In this document: positions 61,196-64,000 of the stretch, piece after piece
Position numbering within the stretch: the stretch's first letter is position 1
Layout of the letters: the number at the start of each line of letters is the position of its first letter
From: Felis catus
Lineage: Eukaryota
Assembly: GCF_018350175.1 (NCBI RefSeq)
Contig: NC_058368.1
Span: forward strand, 34,784,001 to 34,848,000
DNA: 64,000 nt
Direction: 5' to 3'
Program-made: the position numbers and the translations under genes
The notes under the pieces: generated by a model
Databases searched by the model: none
The model's input: only the letters and a program-made list of their open reading frames with translations
What the model was told of the DNA's origin: nothing

Positions 61196-63300
61196 AGGGC
61201 TTTGTTTTGAGCTCCTATCTTGTTTCTTACCCTGGTGAGAAAGTGAAACAAAATATAAAGCTTAAGAGACAATTCTAAAGCAACCCTAGTAAACCCTAGG
61301 TTTCCTTTTGTTTTGGCACCTACCTTGATAATTATCACTCCTACTTCATGGGGCATATTTTAAAGCATGGTATTTTAAAGCATTCTTAAAATGAAGAAAA
61401 GTTGATAACTAGAAATAAAGAAACTGAAACACTTCACTTATGCCACCAAAACTCTGCTTTCTACTGTGTGCACAATTGTATGATTCCTGTGTCCTCAATT
61501 TAAACTTGAAGTTCTCTAATGTGCCTTATGGATAAAAAAGAATGCTACAGAAATTCTTTGACCATCTCTAATAGTCCAGTCTGAGAATAAAATCTCCTAG
61601 AGAGTCCAATCCAAGTCTGTGGCTATCAGTTACCCGCATGGTCCTTCTTGAAACTTCCCACAATGTTGAGCGTTTGCACCAATTTGTCCTACTCACTTGG
61701 GAATTTGTGTCTAGGAGAACAAGGACCATGCGGTTAGCCTATTTTGTGTAAGTGAACAACAGTGGCACTTCATTGTATGCTAGAGAGGATTTCATTCTTC
61801 ATTTAATGTTCATGATGATGAAATTGTGTGAAATTCATCTTGATGTTGTTAGTTCTGTTACACAGAGACACGAACAATTGATAGATTTATACTTAGAATA
61901 TAATACCTATGAATAATTTTAAATTGACAGCCTAGAAAGCCTGGACCCGTCCTTCTTGCAACCTAGAGGAAGCAAATGCAATGGCAGCATAGATTTCCTA
62001 CTCAATGTCCTTTAACTCTAACCAGCACATAATACCTTGTTTAGTTTCTGTGTCCAACGGTCATTTTTCTCCTAGCTGTGACTGCCAAAAGACTTGCCAA
62101 TTAGTGTCAATCGTAGAAGTAGATTAGGAATGTGGGCATCTAACCAGGAAAAAAAGAACTAACATCATTAACACATTTTGTATGAAAATAAGAGCAACAT
62201 AAAAGTTGTCATTAATAAATTTATCCTAAAACATAATCTCATAATATTTTCTAGTCTTCAAAAAAAATCAAACTCCATCAATTAATTTTATCAAACTGAA
62301 AGTAAGGTATGATCACATGACATTCTGTAAATCTATTATCCAGTCTATAATATAGATAATATTATTATTTGTTTCTCAAATTATCTCATGCATTTTGATG
62401 ACAACTGTCTAGAGAAAATCAACAACCAGAAGACAGCCTTCTGACTGTAGTTTTTCATTGTGTCTTCTTTACATGCTATCAAAATTTTAGTGGGGAAATT
62501 CAAAATAGGTATACAGGAAAGAAATACTTCCACACTTAATCTAGAGGGAGGTAACTCTTTCCCAAGGGATGTGCAGATAATTTATAGTTAAAAAATTTCC
62601 TTTGATCTCTATATCTCTATATCACTTTTTCTACTTGGAGTTAATTTGATTAAGTGAACACCAAGAGGGAATTTTTTTTTAAAAAAGGCTTTTTTTTTGT
62701 TTTTGTTTTGTTTTGTTTTGTTTTGTTTTGGGGGGGGGGGCAGACAGCCAGGAACACAGCAGCAGAACCTTTTTTTTTAATTGACTGAGACACCAGTGAT
62801 ACACATAATTGACTTAACAATTAGAGATGGGCTCTGACGGCAGTGAGAATCTAAAATAGAGAATATGGCCCATGGATGGACTTGTGCATTTTTACTGATT
62901 ATGAATCAAAAACAAATCTAATTTTAAAAAGTCTTAACAAAAACTCTGCTTTTCTGTGCACTGAAAAGAGCACACAAAACACAAAACATCTGTATATACA
63001 CTTTCAACTATCTGATATCATTTCAATGTCAACCTACTGATAAACACATCATTGTCTTGTTAGCTCAAAGCAGAAGCATCTTAATATAAAGATAATCATA
63101 AATGTGAAAACAATTCTAGTCCTGCTTCTTTTTGCAGGATTTCTTAAGTACACACTCTTACACTTTAGGTATATTCTATTTTCTGAGCCATCTTTTTATA
63201 TCAGTCTCTATGTGTCTTCCTACCAATTTCTATAAAACCTCTTTAAAAACATGATATATAATTATACAGAGAAAATACAGGATGCAACTGGAAAGTTATA

Positions 63301-63558
63301 GGGGCACCTGGATGGCTTAGTAGGTTGAACATCCAACTTCGGCTCAGGTCAAGATCTCATGGTTTGTAGATTCAGGCCCCACATCAGGCTCTGTGGTAAT
63401 AGCTTGGAGACTTGGACCTTGCTTCAGATTCTGTGTCTCCTTCTCTCTCTCTGCTCCTCCCCCGCTTGTGCGCTCTCGCTTGCTCTCTCTCTCTCTCTCT
63501 CTCTCTCATAAATAAATAAATAAACATTTATTAAAACAAAACAAACAAACAAAAACAT
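63301..63558 (+). mobile_element. CanSINE with (CAAA)n tail
   Basis: ggggcacctggatggcttagt head, (CT)n, aataaataaa, (caaa)n. Confidence 0.92.
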
Positions 63559-63985
63559 GGGGCACCTGGGTGGCTCAGTTGGTTAAACATCTGACTTTGG
63601 GGCGCCTGGGTGGCACAGTCGGTTAAGCGTCCGACCAGCTCAGGTCACGATCTCGCGGTCCGTGAGTTCGAGCCCCGCGTCAGGCTCTGGGCTGATGGCT
63701 CGGAGCCTGGAACCTGTTTCCGATTCTGTGTCTCCCTCTCTCTCTGCCCCTCCCCCATTCATGCTCTGTCTCTCTCTGTCCCAAAAATAAATAAACGTTG
63801 AAAAAAAAATTAAAAAAAAAAAAAAAACATCTGACTTTGGTTCACAGTTCATGAGTTCAAGCCCTGTGTCCAGCTCAGAGCCTGGAGCCTGCTTTGGATT
63901 CTGTGTCTTCCTCTCTCTCTCTCTGCCCCTCCACTGCTCGTACTCTGTGTCACTCTCTCTCTCTCAAAAGTAAACATTAAAAAAA
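63559..63985 (+). mobile_element. CanSINE (host) split by a younger CanSINE
   Basis: Head at 63559-63598; the body resumes at ~63839 and ends in an A-tail at ~63985. Confidence 0.92.
63599..63824 (+). mobile_element. Young felid CanSINE nested in another CanSINE
   Basis: Perfect TSD aaacatctgacttt at 63585-63598 and 63825-63838. CpGs intact. Confidence 0.97.
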
Positions 63986-64000
63986 TCATAACAAAAGAAT

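Noticed and set aside
1..64000. CRISPR array, operon or other prokaryote-type novel system; intact host gene
   Set aside because: The sequence is mammalian repeat-rich DNA. There are no regularly spaced repeat-spacer units, no CpG-island promoter outside L1, and no supported coding exons.

Overview
AT-rich mammalian genomic DNA, almost certainly felid: it carries young, CpG-intact CanSINEs of the SINEC_Fc type and L1_Fc-like LINE-1s. The window is intergenic or deep-intronic, and I found no intact host protein-coding gene. Every long ORF is decayed L1 ORF1/ORF2, a SINE or microsatellite artefact, or the PPIA retrocopy. Main contents: (1) a full-length but dead L1 with its target-site duplication (TSD), 51973-59366; (2) an older 5'-intact, 3'-truncated L1, ~32705-39280; (3) several older L1 fragments; (4) about 25 CanSINEs of different ages, many with clear TSDs and some nested; (5) ancient hAT DNA transposons (MER20B-, MER5A-, MER45A-, MER58A-, MER103C- and Charlie4-like), an LTR33-like solo LTR and MIR/L2 remnants; (6) a cyclophilin A (PPIA) processed pseudogene inserted inside an L1; (7) a 35-nt tailless U2 snRNA retropseudogene; (8) many microsatellites. 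I see no convincing new biological system. The best leads are retrotransposition and repair footprints (a triplicated TSD, an internally deleted L1, a triplicated L1 5'UTR unit, a CTCF motif in L1) and a few repeat-free, motif-dense stretches that could be conserved enhancers. Repeat family names come from recalled consensus sequences, and boundaries of old elements are approximate.
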